A stretch of 64,000 bases of DNA from Candidatus Saccharimonadota bacterium (GCA_905372275.1 CAJPON010000001.1:23569-87568), one strand, 5' to 3'. Positions 1 through 10,790 are shown, counted from the first letter of the stretch. Made by a program: numbers and translations. The notes: a model not told the origin generated them from the sequence alone.

Positions 1-780
1 TGCCAAGAAAAGACGGCTGGCGGAGTTTGCTGGTTTGAGTGTAATACTAGCGCTGATAAAGCGGTAATACTTTTTCACGGCGTGACTGGCGGCAAGATCG
101 ATATGGTGCCGCTAGCCGAGCGGTACGTTAATTTTGGCTATGCGGTGTACGCGATAGATTTACCAGGGCATGGCGGGTCGGTGCAACCGCCGCTGAACAC
201 TTACGATGATTTAGCTGATTGGCTTGCGGAAGACTTGGTGCGGCTCGGACGGACGCCGGATTTGATTGTCAGCAACTCGTATTCTTCATCGATAGTTTAT
301 CATGCGCTGCGTACCGAAAAAATCCCGAAAAATACCAAAGTCATTATGGCTTGCCCGACGCCAGATCAATCGCGGTTAGCTGATACCTTGCAGGTGCTTT
401 CTAGCTATTTGCCCGAAAAGATTACCTGGGAAGCTTACAACTGTATGCTTGGACAGAAGATTCGGATGGCATGCGTTCTGAAGACCAAGCGCCAGCATGC
501 CTGGCAATGGCTTGGCGAGTCTGAAAAATACAAAAAGTCCACTACGACGCTTAAAAAATCTAATGCATTGACGACGCTGCTATATCAGAAAAATCCTTAT
601 ATTGAGGGCGTACCTAGCGATTATGATGTAACTATTATAATTGGCGGCGAAGACAATATTATTACTCCAAAAACGCAGGGTATTATGAAGGATTTGCTGC
701 CGACAGCGAAGTTTATAATTGATCCGGCTGCCGGCCATATCTTGCAGTTTGAAGCGGTAGACTCATATCCTGACGTTTAG
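1..780 (+). CDS. alpha/beta-fold hydrolase (5' end outside window)
   Basis: Frame is open from base 1; HG motif, DLPGHG motif, nucleophile-elbow-like SNSYS, C-terminal GGED and AGH. Confidence 0.75.
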   Translation, partial: CQEKTAGGVCWFECNTSADKAVILFHGVTGGKIDMVPLAERYVNFGYAVYAIDLPGHGGSVQPPLNTYDDLADWLAEDLVRLGRTPDLIVSNSYSSSIVYHALRTEKIPKNTKVIMACPTPDQSRLADTLQVLSSYLPEKITWEAYNCMLGQKIRMACVLKTKRQHAWQWLGESEKYKKSTTTLKKSNALTTLLYQKNPYIEGVPSDYDVTIIIGGEDNIITPKTQGIMKDLLPTAKFIIDPAAGHILQFEAVDSYPDV

Positions 781-816
781 CGTAGTTAGCGCGCCATGGT
801 ATAATAGGAATTAGTT

Positions 817-2079
817 ATGAGAATCGCTTTTTTTATTGACGATTACCTGCCATCGGTGCATGGCGTGGCAACATCGACTTTGAATTATAAGCAGGCTTTG
901 GAGTCGCTTGGGCATGAGGTTTTTGTGGTAGCGCCAAAATGCGAAGGCTACGAAGACCACGACGATCACGTCATTCGCTTGCCGTCAGCCAAGAATTATG
1001 TTTTTGATAAGCGTGAAATGGCGGTTATTTACCCTGGCCTAGCCAGGAAGCTTGATGAATACCAGTTCGATATCGTGCATAGCCAAATGCAATTTTATAT
1101 GGGCGTACTGGCGCATAGCGTTGCTAAGCGGCAGAATATACCGCATGTGACGACCATTCACACGCTTTATGTTGAATTAGTTAATGATTATCCGTTTATG
1201 GTGACTTCCGGCTTGATTGCGGCGACAGCGGCGTTTCCAGTAGTGCTGCGAACAAGACCGATTTTGCCGAAAGCCTCGCGCGAGCAGCTGCGTTCAATGA
1301 GCAAAAGTACTATCAAAGACATCATGTCGCGCCAGGGCTGGCGGCTGATGGCGGCGTTTGCTAATAAGTGCGATGCTTGTATTGCGCCGTCGAGACACCT
1401 TGAACGGATGCTGATCGAAGATGGCGGCTTGACGGTGCCATGCTACGTTTTCCCGAACGGTATCGACACCAAACGCTATAAGAAAGCGTCGGCGGCTGAT
1501 TCGCCGATTGAAAAGCGTCCGGGTGAAAAGTTTATCATTTCGGTGGCGCGGCTAAGCCCAGAGAAGCGCCAGCGGACTTTGATTGAGGCTATGCCGCATA
1601 TCCGCGATAAAAAAGTCAAGCTGGTCTTGGTTGGCGGCGGCCCGTATGAAGAGGAGCTTAGGCAGCGCGTTGAGGAGTTGGGCGTCGGCGATCGAGTAAT
1701 TTTCGCTGGTATGCGTTCGGGCGACGAGGTAGCGGCGATGCTCAAGCAAGCTGATGTGTTCTCGCTGGCGTCGTATCATTTTGACAACCAGCCAATGACT
1801 TTCTTGGAGGCGGCGGCTAGCGGTTTGCCGATTGTTTACTGCGACGAACGAATGACCGAGGCTTTGACTGAGCGCAACGCTGTCTTGACTGAAGGTATTG
1901 AGGGCGAAGATTTCGCAAAAGTATTTAATGATTTGTTCGCGCACCCAGAGAAAATCGAGGAGTTGTCGCGCGGCGCGTTGAGCGTTGCCAAGAAGTTTGA
2001 TTCGACGGCGATGGCTAAAAAGATGGTTGAATTATACGAAAGTTTAATTTCATCACATCAAGTACTTGAAGAAGAATAG
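817..2079 (+). CDS. GT4 glycosyltransferase (glycolipid synthase-like)
   Basis: D.YLP..HGVATS N-terminus, VARLSPEK, Q...FLEAAASG. Confidence 0.85.
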   Translation: MRIAFFIDDYLPSVHGVATSTLNYKQALESLGHEVFVVAPKCEGYEDHDDHVIRLPSAKNYVFDKREMAVIYPGLARKLDEYQFDIVHSQMQFYMGVLAHSVAKRQNIPHVTTIHTLYVELVNDYPFMVTSGLIAATAAFPVVLRTRPILPKASREQLRSMSKSTIKDIMSRQGWRLMAAFANKCDACIAPSRHLERMLIEDGGLTVPCYVFPNGIDTKRYKKASAADSPIEKRPGEKFIISVARLSPEKRQRTLIEAMPHIRDKKVKLVLVGGGPYEEELRQRVEELGVGDRVIFAGMRSGDEVAAMLKQADVFSLASYHFDNQPMTFLEAAASGLPIVYCDERMTEALTERNAVLTEGIEGEDFAKVFNDLFAHPEKIEELSRGALSVAKKFDSTAMAKKMVELYESLISSHQVLEEE

Positions 2080-2118
2080 TGGCGGTTCAGGGCGCGAGAC
2101 TCGGTGTATTCGGCGCAG

Positions 2119-2604
2119 CTAAAATTTGCGCAAAATACGGCTGTGTTCGCGTTCTAGATCGCGCTGTTTGATAGCTTGGCGTTTGTCGTAGCGTTTCTTG
2201 CCCTTGCCTAGAGCGATGACTAATTTGATGTAGCGTCCGCTAGTAAGCAGCTTGGTTGGAACGATAGTGAAGCCTTCTTTTTTGCGAGCAGCTAATTGGT
2301 CGATTTGGCGGCGGCTGGCTAGCAATTTGCGTACACTGGTGTCGACAGTTCGCGCATTTGGTGTGCCGCGTTCGTTCTGCCGCAAGCTGAAACTAGCGTT
2401 GTTCAGCCACAATTCGCCGCCGCGTATCGTGACATACGAGCCTTTGAGTTGGACGTGGCCTTCCCTGGCGGCTCGCACTTCAAGCCCGGTTAAACTAAGC
2501 CCAGCCACGATCTCGTCGCCCAGTTCATAATCAAACCGTGCTCGACGGTTAACAATCGTTTGAGTAGCTAGCTTTTTTGTCTTAGCGCTAGATTTCTTAG
2601 ACAT
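2119..2604 (-). CDS. smpB: SsrA-binding protein SmpB
   Basis: NRRARFDY, AGLSLTGLEV, GKGKKRYDKR motifs. Confidence 0.97.
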   Translation of the reverse strand: MSKKSSAKTKKLATQTIVNRRARFDYELGDEIVAGLSLTGLEVRAAREGHVQLKGSYVTIRGGELWLNNASFSLRQNERGTPNARTVDTSVRKLLASRRQIDQLAARKKEGFTIVPTKLLTSGRYIKLVIALGKGKKRYDKRQAIKQRDLEREHSRILRKF

Positions 2605-2698
2605 ATGTTAATTATAACAGGTTTAATACTTATATTATACAATATTTATGATAAAAATGCAATAGTGCTCGGGGTTGCTCTCTGTTACAATAGAATGA

Positions 2699-4429
2699 AT
2701 GATAGCTGATGTTCACATTACCGATAAAAGTTTTGGCGATAAGCAGTTGATGAGCGAAGTTAAATTCAGCGTCAATGACGGCGAGAAAGTTGGGCTGATT
2801 GGTCGCAATGGCGTTGGCAAATCGACGCTATTTGGCATGTTGGCGGGAGCGGATAGCGACTATAGAGGGTCAGTTGTTTTCCGGCGCGGCAGCACGATTG
2901 TAGCGACGGCGCAGGAACACCATAGTTTGGGTGATATTACAGTGCTAGAATATATCCTGTGCGGGCTGCCGGAATATGTGCGGCTGCGGCACATTTTGAC
3001 GACTTATCCAGCGACGATGGGTAGCGATATGCGCAAGATCGAGGAGTACAGCCAGGCGTTGGAGCGCTTTGGACAGAAGGATTTTTATCGCGTTGAAGAA
3101 TTGGTGGCTGAGGAATTGAAAAATTTCCAGATGGAAGGTTTTGGCGAGCGCCAATTGACGGCTTTGAGCGGCGGGCAGAAACGCTTGGTCGAAGTTGTGA
3201 AAATCATGCATGCGCAAGCGGATCTAGCATTGATTGACGAGCCGACTAATCATATGGATTATGTTGCCAAGAAGCAGTTTATCGATTGGATGAAAAGCGC
3301 TCGCCAAGCGATGTTGATCATCACTCATGACCGCGATGTGCTGGCAGAGGTTGATCGAATTGTTGAGCTGCGCGATGGCGCATCAGTGAGTTATCGCGGC
3401 AATTATGATGATTATTTGCGTCAAAATGCTTCAGCGACAGGCAATGCCATGCAGGATTATGAGCAAACCGAACGGCGGATTGCTAATTTGCGCGACAAAG
3501 TTCTGCAATTTCGCCGCCTGAAAGAAAAAGCCCGCGATCCTGGCACGATTGCGCAATTCAAGCGGCGCGAGAACCAAGCGGCGGCCGAGCTAGAGAAACT
3601 GGAGAAAATCGACAAGCCGACTTTTTGGATTGACAGAGAGAATGTGGCGCAATTGGATTATAAAGTGGCTGATCGCTATCAAAAATTCAAAGCTCGCAAT
3701 ATTCGTTTGAATATGCGAGACGGCGCTATGCGTTCGCAGCGCAAGCTTGTCGAGGCTCGCGATTTGGCGCTAGGTTTCGATGAGCGGATTTTGTTTGAAG
3801 GTGTTAATATCGATTTACGCGAAGGCGAAGCTATTGAACTGCGCGGACGTAATGGTGCTGGCAAGACGACGTTGATTCGAGCGTTGATGGCAAACGTGTC
3901 TTCTAGCGCCGCTTCCTCTGGCCGGCTTCGTAAAACGGCTCAAGTCCCGCCCCAGCTAACTCAGGCTTTGATTAAGAATACTGTTCAATTTGCCCCAATC
4001 GTTTACGCGGGCTCTCTCTATCTCGATCCGCAAATTCGCGTTGGTATTTATGAACAAGAGATAGCGGCAACTTATCTGAACTTGCCGCTGGCGCGAGCGA
4101 TTGAGCAGATGTATCTCGATCGCGGGCTGAAAATTAATGATACCAAAATCCGCCAGCTGATGGGCGATTATCTTTTTGTTGAGAGCGACGGCGCGGTGCC
4201 CTTGGCTAGCTTGAGCGGCGGGCAAAAAGCTCGGTTTCAGCTCATTAGTATGCTAGCAAATGAGCCGCAATTGCTCATTCTGGACGAGCCGACCAACCAC
4301 CTGGATTTGCCTTCAATTGAGGAACTGGAAGCGGCGCTCGAGCGCTACGCTGGCGCAATTTTGTATGTTAGCCACGACGATTATTTCCGGCGCAAAATCG
4401 GCGGTTCGGTTGTTCAGATTGGCAGTTAG
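2699..4429 (+). CDS. ABC-F family ATP-binding protein
   Basis: Two ABC domains (GRNGVGKS / GRNGAGKT, LSGGQK, DEPTNH), no TM segments. Confidence 0.92.
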   Translation: MIADVHITDKSFGDKQLMSEVKFSVNDGEKVGLIGRNGVGKSTLFGMLAGADSDYRGSVVFRRGSTIVATAQEHHSLGDITVLEYILCGLPEYVRLRHILTTYPATMGSDMRKIEEYSQALERFGQKDFYRVEELVAEELKNFQMEGFGERQLTALSGGQKRLVEVVKIMHAQADLALIDEPTNHMDYVAKKQFIDWMKSARQAMLIITHDRDVLAEVDRIVELRDGASVSYRGNYDDYLRQNASATGNAMQDYEQTERRIANLRDKVLQFRRLKEKARDPGTIAQFKRRENQAAAELEKLEKIDKPTFWIDRENVAQLDYKVADRYQKFKARNIRLNMRDGAMRSQRKLVEARDLALGFDERILFEGVNIDLREGEAIELRGRNGAGKTTLIRALMANVSSSAASSGRLRKTAQVPPQLTQALIKNTVQFAPIVYAGSLYLDPQIRVGIYEQEIAATYLNLPLARAIEQMYLDRGLKINDTKIRQLMGDYLFVESDGAVPLASLSGGQKARFQLISMLANEPQLLILDEPTNHLDLPSIEELEAALERYAGAILYVSHDDYFRRKIGGSVVQIGS

Positions 4430-4501
4430 CGGACTGCTTTTCCTAAACGCGCTCTTGTTTTGGTACGGCACGTATCAGGGCTAGGACGTATTTACGTAAA
4501 A

Positions 4502-5275
4502 TTAATTTGAATAATCGCCGCCTGTAACATTGAAGTACTCTTCGAGAGTTTTGATCTCACGCTTGTTCATGTCTTGAGCGGTTTCGCGGCCGACGTAACG
4601 CCAGTGCCAAGCTTCGACGACATAGCCGGTGATATTTTTGGCGTTGTCAGGATAGCGCTGGATGAAACCGTACTCGGCGGCGTGCTCGGCCAGCCACTTA
4701 TATGTTGGCGTAGTGGCGAAGCACTGCAGGACGCAATTATCAGCCTTGAGGTCGACAGCTAAGCCAGTTTGATGTTCGCTGCAACCTGGCCGGGCGCTAG
4801 CGGAGTCGGCTTCTTTTTGGTTGCTGTGTTTGACCCAATAATTATAAGTTTCGACTTGGTCGTTGTAAGATCGGTAGCCGCTAGTCGAGGCTAACGGCAT
4901 TTTTGCTTGCGTGGCGGCAGTTTTCATGGCGTTATATTGGGCAGCGGCCTCTTTGCGCAAGGATATCCCCTTTTCGATAGGCGCCAAATCATTCGGCTGC
5001 CAAGTTTTTGGCTCGAAGCAGTGCTTTTTGTTAATAACAATGATCGTGCTGTTGTAGTCTTTTAAGACTTTTTTGCGGAGGGCGGCTTTTTCGGCCCAGG
5101 CTTTTTGCTGGGCGGCAGCGAGCTTGTCGGCGGTTTCCTGCTCTTTGGCCTTGATGTCTTTAGCGGTTTTGTAATAATCTAGCCCAGTAAAAGTAGCCAA
5201 ACCTAGTATTGCTGAAAAAGTTAGCGTGATTAAAAGCACGCTAAACTTATGCCTATTCAAAAATTCACCCTTCAT
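4502..5275 (-). CDS. M15B D-alanyl-D-alanine carboxypeptidase (VanY-like), membrane anchored
   Basis: SGYRS, SEHQTGLAVD, EAWHWRYVG; N-terminal TM. Confidence 0.9.
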   Translation of the reverse strand: MKGEFLNRHKFSVLLITLTFSAILGLATFTGLDYYKTAKDIKAKEQETADKLAAAQQKAWAEKAALRKKVLKDYNSTIIVINKKHCFEPKTWQPNDLAPIEKGISLRKEAAAQYNAMKTAATQAKMPLASTSGYRSYNDQVETYNYWVKHSNQKEADSASARPGCSEHQTGLAVDLKADNCVLQCFATTPTYKWLAEHAAEYGFIQRYPDNAKNITGYVVEAWHWRYVGRETAQDMNKREIKTLEEYFNVTGGDYSN

Positions 5276-5341
5276 AACTTATGATTCTATTCTATCACAG
5301 TTAAGCGCTGGCAGTATAGAAAATCTTTGCAAGTTAATTGG

Positions 5342-5884
5342 TTAAAGCCGTGATGATGGTCGAGTAGTATCAATGATGCTGCGTCTATATTTTCCTATAG
5401 CAACACCGCCGCCAGCAAAAGCTAAAGCGACGAGCGTATATACGACTTTGATGATAAACGTGGCGCTATAGTAGTTGCCACAGTAGTTGCGTAGCGTAAA
5501 ATACCATCCTAATCCAGCAAGGATGAGAATCGCTCCTGTTGTGCGCCATGAACGGTATTTCATACCAAATGAAACCAAGTAAGACCCCAGCCCAAAAAGC
5601 ACAAGAAACAAAACAGTATTTATTGCGCAGACAGGCAAGTCAAGATACATATCGGACGATTTAAGACCGATTTGGATATATATGGGAAACTCTTGGACGA
5701 CCGCCGGGTCTTGCTTAACCGGAGTCAGCAGCCAGCCTAGGAAACCAGATTGATGAATAACATTCCAGTCTGGCGAGTGAGCAAAGAAACGAAAACAATT
5801 ATACATCTCGTCTCCAACTATAGCACTGCTGAGTGATGCGGAGCAAGTATAAGGCAAACAAAACCCGCGCCACGGGTTCACCAT
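5342..5884 (-). CDS. hypothetical membrane protein (true start probably internal)
   Basis: ORF with 3 hydrophobic segments; annotated 5' end overlaps the tRNA-Pro terminator. Confidence 0.5.
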   Translation of the reverse strand: MVNPWRGFCLPYTCSASLSSAIVGDEMYNCFRFFAHSPDWNVIHQSGFLGWLLTPVKQDPAVVQEFPIYIQIGLKSSDMYLDLPVCAINTVLFLVLFGLGSYLVSFGMKYRSWRTTGAILILAGLGWYFTLRNYCGNYYSATFIIKVVYTLVALAFAGGGVAIGKYRRSIIDTTRPSSRL

Positions 5885-5909
5885 GACGCGGGTTTGAGTA
5901 CGGGCTTAA

Positions 5910-5986
5910 TGGTCGGGGTGACTGGATTTGAACCAGCGACCTCACCGTCCCGAACGGTGCGCGCTACCAAGCTGCGCCACACCCCG
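5910..5986 (-). tRNA. tRNA-Pro(CGG)
   Basis: Reverse complement folds as cloverleaf CGGGGTG...TTCGGGA...GGTTCAAATCC...CCA. Confidence 0.95.
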
Positions 5987-6034
5987 ACACTTAGCCTATT
6001 ATATCCTAGGCGCCGGAGTGTGTAAACTATTTAG

Positions 6035-6460
6035 TTAGTCAACAACCTCTACGCCCATACTGCGAGCGGTACCAGCAACTACCTTGACGGCGCCATCTAA
6101 GTCAATAGCATTGAGTTGATCCATCTTGGTCTTGGCGATTTCTTCTAGCTGGGCGCGAGTGATTTTACCGACTTTATCGACGTGCGGCTTGCCGCTGCCC
6201 TTTTGGATGCCGATAGCACTGCGGATCATGTCGTCGACCGGCTGACCCAAGCAGTTCCAGGTGAAAGTGCGGTCTTCGTAGACTTGAATGTGTACGATGA
6301 CATCTTTGCCCATCATGCCTTTGGTGGCTTCGTTGAATGGATTGATAAAGTCCATCATGTTCAAGCCCCACTGGCCAAGTGTTGAACCGACCGGAGGTCC
6401 GGCAGTTGCTCGGCCAGCCGGAATACGTAACTTCAAGTTACCGATAATTTTCTTTGCCAT
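6035..6460 (-). CDS. rplK: 50S ribosomal protein L11
   Basis: PAGRATAGPPVG, GTARSMGV. Confidence 0.97.
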   Translation of the reverse strand: MAKKIIGNLKLRIPAGRATAGPPVGSTLGQWGLNMMDFINPFNEATKGMMGKDVIVHIQVYEDRTFTWNCLGQPVDDMIRSAIGIQKGSGKPHVDKVGKITRAQLEEIAKTKMDQLNAIDLDGAVKVVAGTARSMGVEVVD

Positions 6461-6617
6461 AATTTTCCTTTACTAAATATATTGAGAAGCTGATATTTAG
6501 TGCGTAACTGCTATAGTATAGCGTGTTTTACGAGATTACGCAAGCTAAAGCTCGGCGAGTTGTACGGTTTTGCAGGGCGGCAACTCTCTTGCTGTGATAA
6601 GAATTTTGCTTGGCGGC

Positions 6618-7166
6618 CTAGACTTTTTTGACCTGCAAAGCGTCAAGCTCAACTGGCGTGTCGCGGCCGAACATGCTGACCATGATTTTGAGAGTGCCTT
6701 TGGCTGAGTCGATTTCGCTGACGGTGCCGTCGAAACCTTTGAAGGGCCCGTCGATGATATTAACTACTTCTCCTTCTGTGAAGTCGATTTGGTGTTTTGG
6801 ATCCTCGATGTTCATACGCTTTTTAATTTTGGTAATTTCTGCTTCGGAAACTGGAGTTGGCGATGTGCCGCTGCCGACAAAGCCGGTAACGCCTGGCGTG
6901 TTGCGGACGATATACCAAGTTTCGTCGGTTAATTTCATCTCGACCAAGACATAACCCTGAAAGATGATGGCATTGATGATTTTGCGCTTGCCATTTTTGA
7001 TTTGAACTTGCTTTTCTTTCGGCACAATGGCGTCAAAAATTTTATCAGCCATGTCGATAGTTTGAGCGCGCTGACGGATACTTTCAGCGACTTTTTCCTC
7101 GTAGCCGCTGTAAGTATGGATGGCATACCATTGCCGCGAGCTGTCATAACGATTTGATTTTGCCAT
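6618..7166 (-). CDS. nusG: transcription factor NusG
   Basis: WYAIHTYSGYE, VRNTPGVTGFVG, KOW GPFKGF, FGRDTPVEL. Confidence 0.97.
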   Translation of the reverse strand: MAKSNRYDSSRQWYAIHTYSGYEEKVAESIRQRAQTIDMADKIFDAIVPKEKQVQIKNGKRKIINAIIFQGYVLVEMKLTDETWYIVRNTPGVTGFVGSGTSPTPVSEAEITKIKKRMNIEDPKHQIDFTEGEVVNIIDGPFKGFDGTVSEIDSAKGTLKIMVSMFGRDTPVELDALQVKKV

Positions 7167-7176
7167 AAAATCCTTT

Positions 7177-7614
7177 CTACTTTGTTCCCATGATTAGTTT
7201 GAATAGCCAAGCGAAGCCATAATCCAGCAAGATAATGACCAGAAACAGCGCTGCGGTGAAAACGATCAGCGCGCCAACCATACCCCAGGTCGAACGGCGA
7301 TCTGGCCAGCGGACTTGCTTGATTTCTTGCCAGGCGCCGCGGAAATAGCCAGCGATAGCGTTGAGCGGATTGCGGCGGCTTTTTGAGTTTTTTGATTTGC
7401 TGGCGGTTTTGGTTTTGGCGCCAGACGGCCTAGTGGTCTTGGTGCTAGATTTTTCGGTTTGCGCGCGGCCAGCTAGTTCTTTGGCAGTCGCTAGGATACT
7501 CGGCTTTTTTGGCTTTGCAGCTTTGTCGCCGGCAGTAATGCGAGTGATGCGGTTTTGTGATTTTTGCTTTGATTTACCTTTTGCGGATTTTGCCACGATA
7601 GTGTTTCCTCCCAA
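7177..7614 (-). CDS. secE: preprotein translocase SecE with basic N-terminal extension
   Basis: EIKQVRWP plus C-terminal TM; directly upstream of nusG. Confidence 0.9.
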   Translation of the reverse strand: MGGNTIVAKSAKGKSKQKSQNRITRITAGDKAAKPKKPSILATAKELAGRAQTEKSSTKTTRPSGAKTKTASKSKNSKSRRNPLNAIAGYFRGAWQEIKQVRWPDRRSTWGMVGALIVFTAALFLVIILLDYGFAWLFKLIMGTK

Positions 7615-7704
7615 ATTAAATAGCCTGGTATGTCCCAGACTGTCAAGCTTATTATACGACTGCCGAGCGAAAATAGCAAGCGATTTCGCGTATTTTCTAA
7701 AGCG

Positions 7705-9342
7705 TTAAGATTTATTCTTTTTCACGGCGGGCAGCGAAAAGCTGAAAGTCGAGCCGTGATTGAGGCGGCTTTTGAGTTTGATCTCGGTTTTGAGCTTGAT
7801 GGCTAATTTGGCGACAACGTAAAGTCCTAGGCCGGTGCCGCTAGTTTCGCGGGTGCGATAATCTTCGCTGCGCCAGAATTTTTGGTATAAGTGTGCTTGG
7901 TCGCTGCGGCTGATGCCGATGCCAGTGTCTTTGACGGCAAAATTGATGGTGTCGTTTTCGCCTGGCTTGACGATGATGGTGACGCCGCCCTTTTCGGTGT
8001 AGCGGATGGCGTTGGTGATGAAGTTTTGTAGGATTTCTTTGAGGTAGAGGCGGCTTTGGCTAACTTGGCCGATTTGCGGCGCGATATCAATGTCGAAGGT
8101 TAGTGATTTATCGGCGGCTTGCGGTGCGTATTCGGCGTACAGTTCGTCGATTAGCGATTGGACATCGATATTCTCTGGCTCGTCGGCGACACCGCGTTCA
8201 GCACGGCTCAAGGTTGAAAGGTCGTTGACCATTCGCGCCAAAAATATAATTTGCTCGTGAGCAGTGCTGATGCCATTGATTAATCTTTCTTTTGGAATGT
8301 CGGGACGCTTGATCATCAGCGAGACATTGCTCAGCGATCCTTCGGCGATAGTTATCGGAGTGCGCAGCTCGTGGCTGACGACCGAAATAAACTCGTCGCG
8401 CTCGTCGTCGAGAGATTTCTGCTTGGTGATGTCGCGCAAGATGATTACATAGCCATCGTCGCTGACGCTGTTGGTGCTGCGAATTGGCGAGTATGTTGCG
8501 CCGAGGCGAATACTTTCGTTGGATATTCTGGCAGTTAGATCATCGCGGTATTGCGTGGTTTTGGCGGAATGTAGCTTGTCAGCGAACTTGAATGGCTCTT
8601 TATTCTTATCGACGATCGAAATAAAATCGTCAATACATTTGCCAGCGAGATCGGTATTAGTATCAAATAAGTTTAGCGCCGAGGCGTTGTATAGCGAAAT
8701 GATGCCGTTTCTATCGGTGCTAATAATAGCATCAGAAAGGTTGTTGACGATAGTAACGATGCGATCGCGCTGCAAGCGCTCGGCGGTTTGGCTGCGCAAG
8801 AGTTCGGCTTGATCAATCGCCTGGGCTGAAATGACCATCTTGACCATGTAGCTGATGATGAGCGTACCCAGAAAATGGATGACGATAGACATAACTTGTT
8901 TGTCGTCGCTAGCATGAATAATGACACTGCCCGAGGCAGCAGCAAACAATGTCGCAATACTAATATTAATGCCTGACTGGCCCAGGTAAACAGAGCTGGC
9001 TAGCAATAGCGCCGACCAGGTATAAATTAGCGGCATATCGAAACCAGAAACCGTTAATACGTAAGTTAACGCTAAAATATGATAACCGATGAGCCCGGCA
9101 ATATGGCCAATAGGTTGCCGCGGCGCTGCGAAAAATTGCCAAAAGCCAATAATGACCCAACAGATATTAACCGCGTAAAAAGCGTACATATTCACTGCTG
9201 TCGGCTTGCCGAGCGGCGAGAATTGCATGAAGACGCTGTACGCCACTAATAGCAGCGGAATCAAAAGTGCTATCCAGCGAATAATCTTCATGCGATGCGT
9301 TGACGGATCGATGTTTATATAGTCTTTGACTTGGCCACCCAT
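7705..9342 (-). CDS. membrane PAS-domain sensor histidine kinase
   Basis: N-terminal TMs, PAS, SHELRTP H-box, NAIRYT, DTGIGI, GTGLGL. Confidence 0.93.
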   Translation of the reverse strand: MGGQVKDYINIDPSTHRMKIIRWIALLIPLLLVAYSVFMQFSPLGKPTAVNMYAFYAVNICWVIIGFWQFFAAPRQPIGHIAGLIGYHILALTYVLTVSGFDMPLIYTWSALLLASSVYLGQSGINISIATLFAAASGSVIIHASDDKQVMSIVIHFLGTLIISYMVKMVISAQAIDQAELLRSQTAERLQRDRIVTIVNNLSDAIISTDRNGIISLYNASALNLFDTNTDLAGKCIDDFISIVDKNKEPFKFADKLHSAKTTQYRDDLTARISNESIRLGATYSPIRSTNSVSDDGYVIILRDITKQKSLDDERDEFISVVSHELRTPITIAEGSLSNVSLMIKRPDIPKERLINGISTAHEQIIFLARMVNDLSTLSRAERGVADEPENIDVQSLIDELYAEYAPQAADKSLTFDIDIAPQIGQVSQSRLYLKEILQNFITNAIRYTEKGGVTIIVKPGENDTINFAVKDTGIGISRSDQAHLYQKFWRSEDYRTRETSGTGLGLYVVAKLAIKLKTEIKLKSRLNHGSTFSFSLPAVKKNKS

Positions 9343-9384
9343 AGCTATTATTAGTATAACCGCAAAGGCAATTTATGAAAAGAC

Positions 9385-10092
9385 TTAGACGATTGGAGTT
9401 TGGCGCTTGAGCTGCTGCCGGTGGAGGCGGTAGCGCGGATCGTAGCGTTCAACTTCGCGCCAAAATGCTGCGGAGTGATTCATATGGCGAGTGTGGCAGA
9501 GCTCGTGAATCAATACATATCGGATCAATTCATCGGGTAGCTTCATTAAGGCGATATTGAGGCTGATCGTACCATTAGAACTGCAGCTGCCCCATCGGCT
9601 GCCAGCGTGGCTGAAGCGAACGCGCTGGTAAGCGAAACCATGGGCGCCAGCTAATTCTTCTAGCAGCGGCGGTAAGTATTTTTTGGCATCGCGGCGCAGG
9701 ATCTTGATTGCTTCGTCGCGGATTTGCTGCTGAAGTTCTTGATCTTCGAGTGAAAATTCGGGCGGCAGCTTGACTAGAAGCTTGCTGCGCATGGTACGAA
9801 TTTCCGGCTGTTTGATCATCTGTGTCGGCACGATAGCTAATTGATGGGTTTTGCCGATGAGCTGCCCGTCGCGATACGGCTGGGCGATGGACGAATCTTT
9901 AGCTATTTTGCGCAAGTCTTCGCGCGACCGTTCAATAAACGAGCGAATAAACGCCAGCGGTACTAGCTGGCCGCTAGTAACGACAAAGCGCCCGTCGGTG
10001 CCGAGCTTGATGCGGGTGTAGCGAGTAGCGCGGCGCATGATAACAATCTCGCCGAACTCCGGATCATCGATAGTCTGGGATTTGGCAGGCAT
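9385..10092 (-). CDS. YgjP/DUF45-like zinc metallopeptidase
   Basis: RWGSCS, YVLIHELCH, NHS..FW. Confidence 0.88.
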   Translation of the reverse strand: MPAKSQTIDDPEFGEIVIMRRATRYTRIKLGTDGRFVVTSGQLVPLAFIRSFIERSREDLRKIAKDSSIAQPYRDGQLIGKTHQLAIVPTQMIKQPEIRTMRSKLLVKLPPEFSLEDQELQQQIRDEAIKILRRDAKKYLPPLLEELAGAHGFAYQRVRFSHAGSRWGSCSSNGTISLNIALMKLPDELIRYVLIHELCHTRHMNHSAAFWREVERYDPRYRLHRQQLKRQTPIV

Positions 10093-10093
10093 A

Positions 10094-10660
10094 TTATTGG
10101 ATACTGATGCCGCGGCGGCGAACCTCGGGGCGCTGCCTGGCTAAGCTAGTCATTGGCCGGCTAGGACGATTGCTATCGCCGAGACGAGCTAATACGGTGC
10201 GCGCTTGGGTTTTGTATGTGTGTTTGCCGCTGATAACGACTGGTTTCTCGATGGCGTTTGGTTCGGTGAAACTCTTGACGGCGGCATCAAAGTTTATAGT
10301 ATCTAGCGAGTGGCCTTTTTGAATGCGGCGCCGGCAAGTTGCTTCATCGGTCTGCACCCAAATAATAAGCGGCTTATAACCATGCCCTTTGGCCCAGCGC
10401 GCAAATTCGGCGCGGCGGACGCGGCTTAAATTGCTGTCTTCATAAATAAAAGTTTGCTTGGTGCGTGCTATCTCGGCCAAAAATCGCTGGCAAACCTCCT
10501 CGCTGGAATTGCTATCTATACTGTGCTCGCTAATAAATTGCGAATCAACAAACGGTGCATTAAACATCTCAGAAAATTGCTGCGCGAAAAATGTTTTGCC
10601 GCTGCCTGGCAAGCCAACCATCATGATAGCGTGCGGATGAGAGATAGAACTAGGATTCAT
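10094..10660 (-). CDS. P-loop kinase (AAA_33-like)
   Basis: GLPGSGKT; start set at ATG 10660 because the longer ORF overlaps tRNA-Trp. Confidence 0.75.
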   Translation of the reverse strand: MNPSSISHPHAIMMVGLPGSGKTFFAQQFSEMFNAPFVDSQFISEHSIDSNSSEEVCQRFLAEIARTKQTFIYEDSNLSRVRRAEFARWAKGHGYKPLIIWVQTDEATCRRRIQKGHSLDTINFDAAVKSFTEPNAIEKPVVISGKHTYKTQARTVLARLGDSNRPSRPMTSLARQRPEVRRRGISIQ

Positions 10661-10715
10661 AAAATTATTATAGGTAATGGAACTTAAAACTGCAATTATG
10701 CAATTATGTGGTTTG

Positions 10716-10790
10716 TGGCAGGGGCATGAGGAATCGAACCTCAATCTACGGTTTTGGAGACCGTTATACTAGCCGTTGTACTATGCCCCT
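10716..10790 (-). tRNA. tRNA-Trp(CCA)
   Basis: Cloverleaf AGGGGCA...CTCCAAA...GGTTCGATTCC...CCA. Confidence 0.95.
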
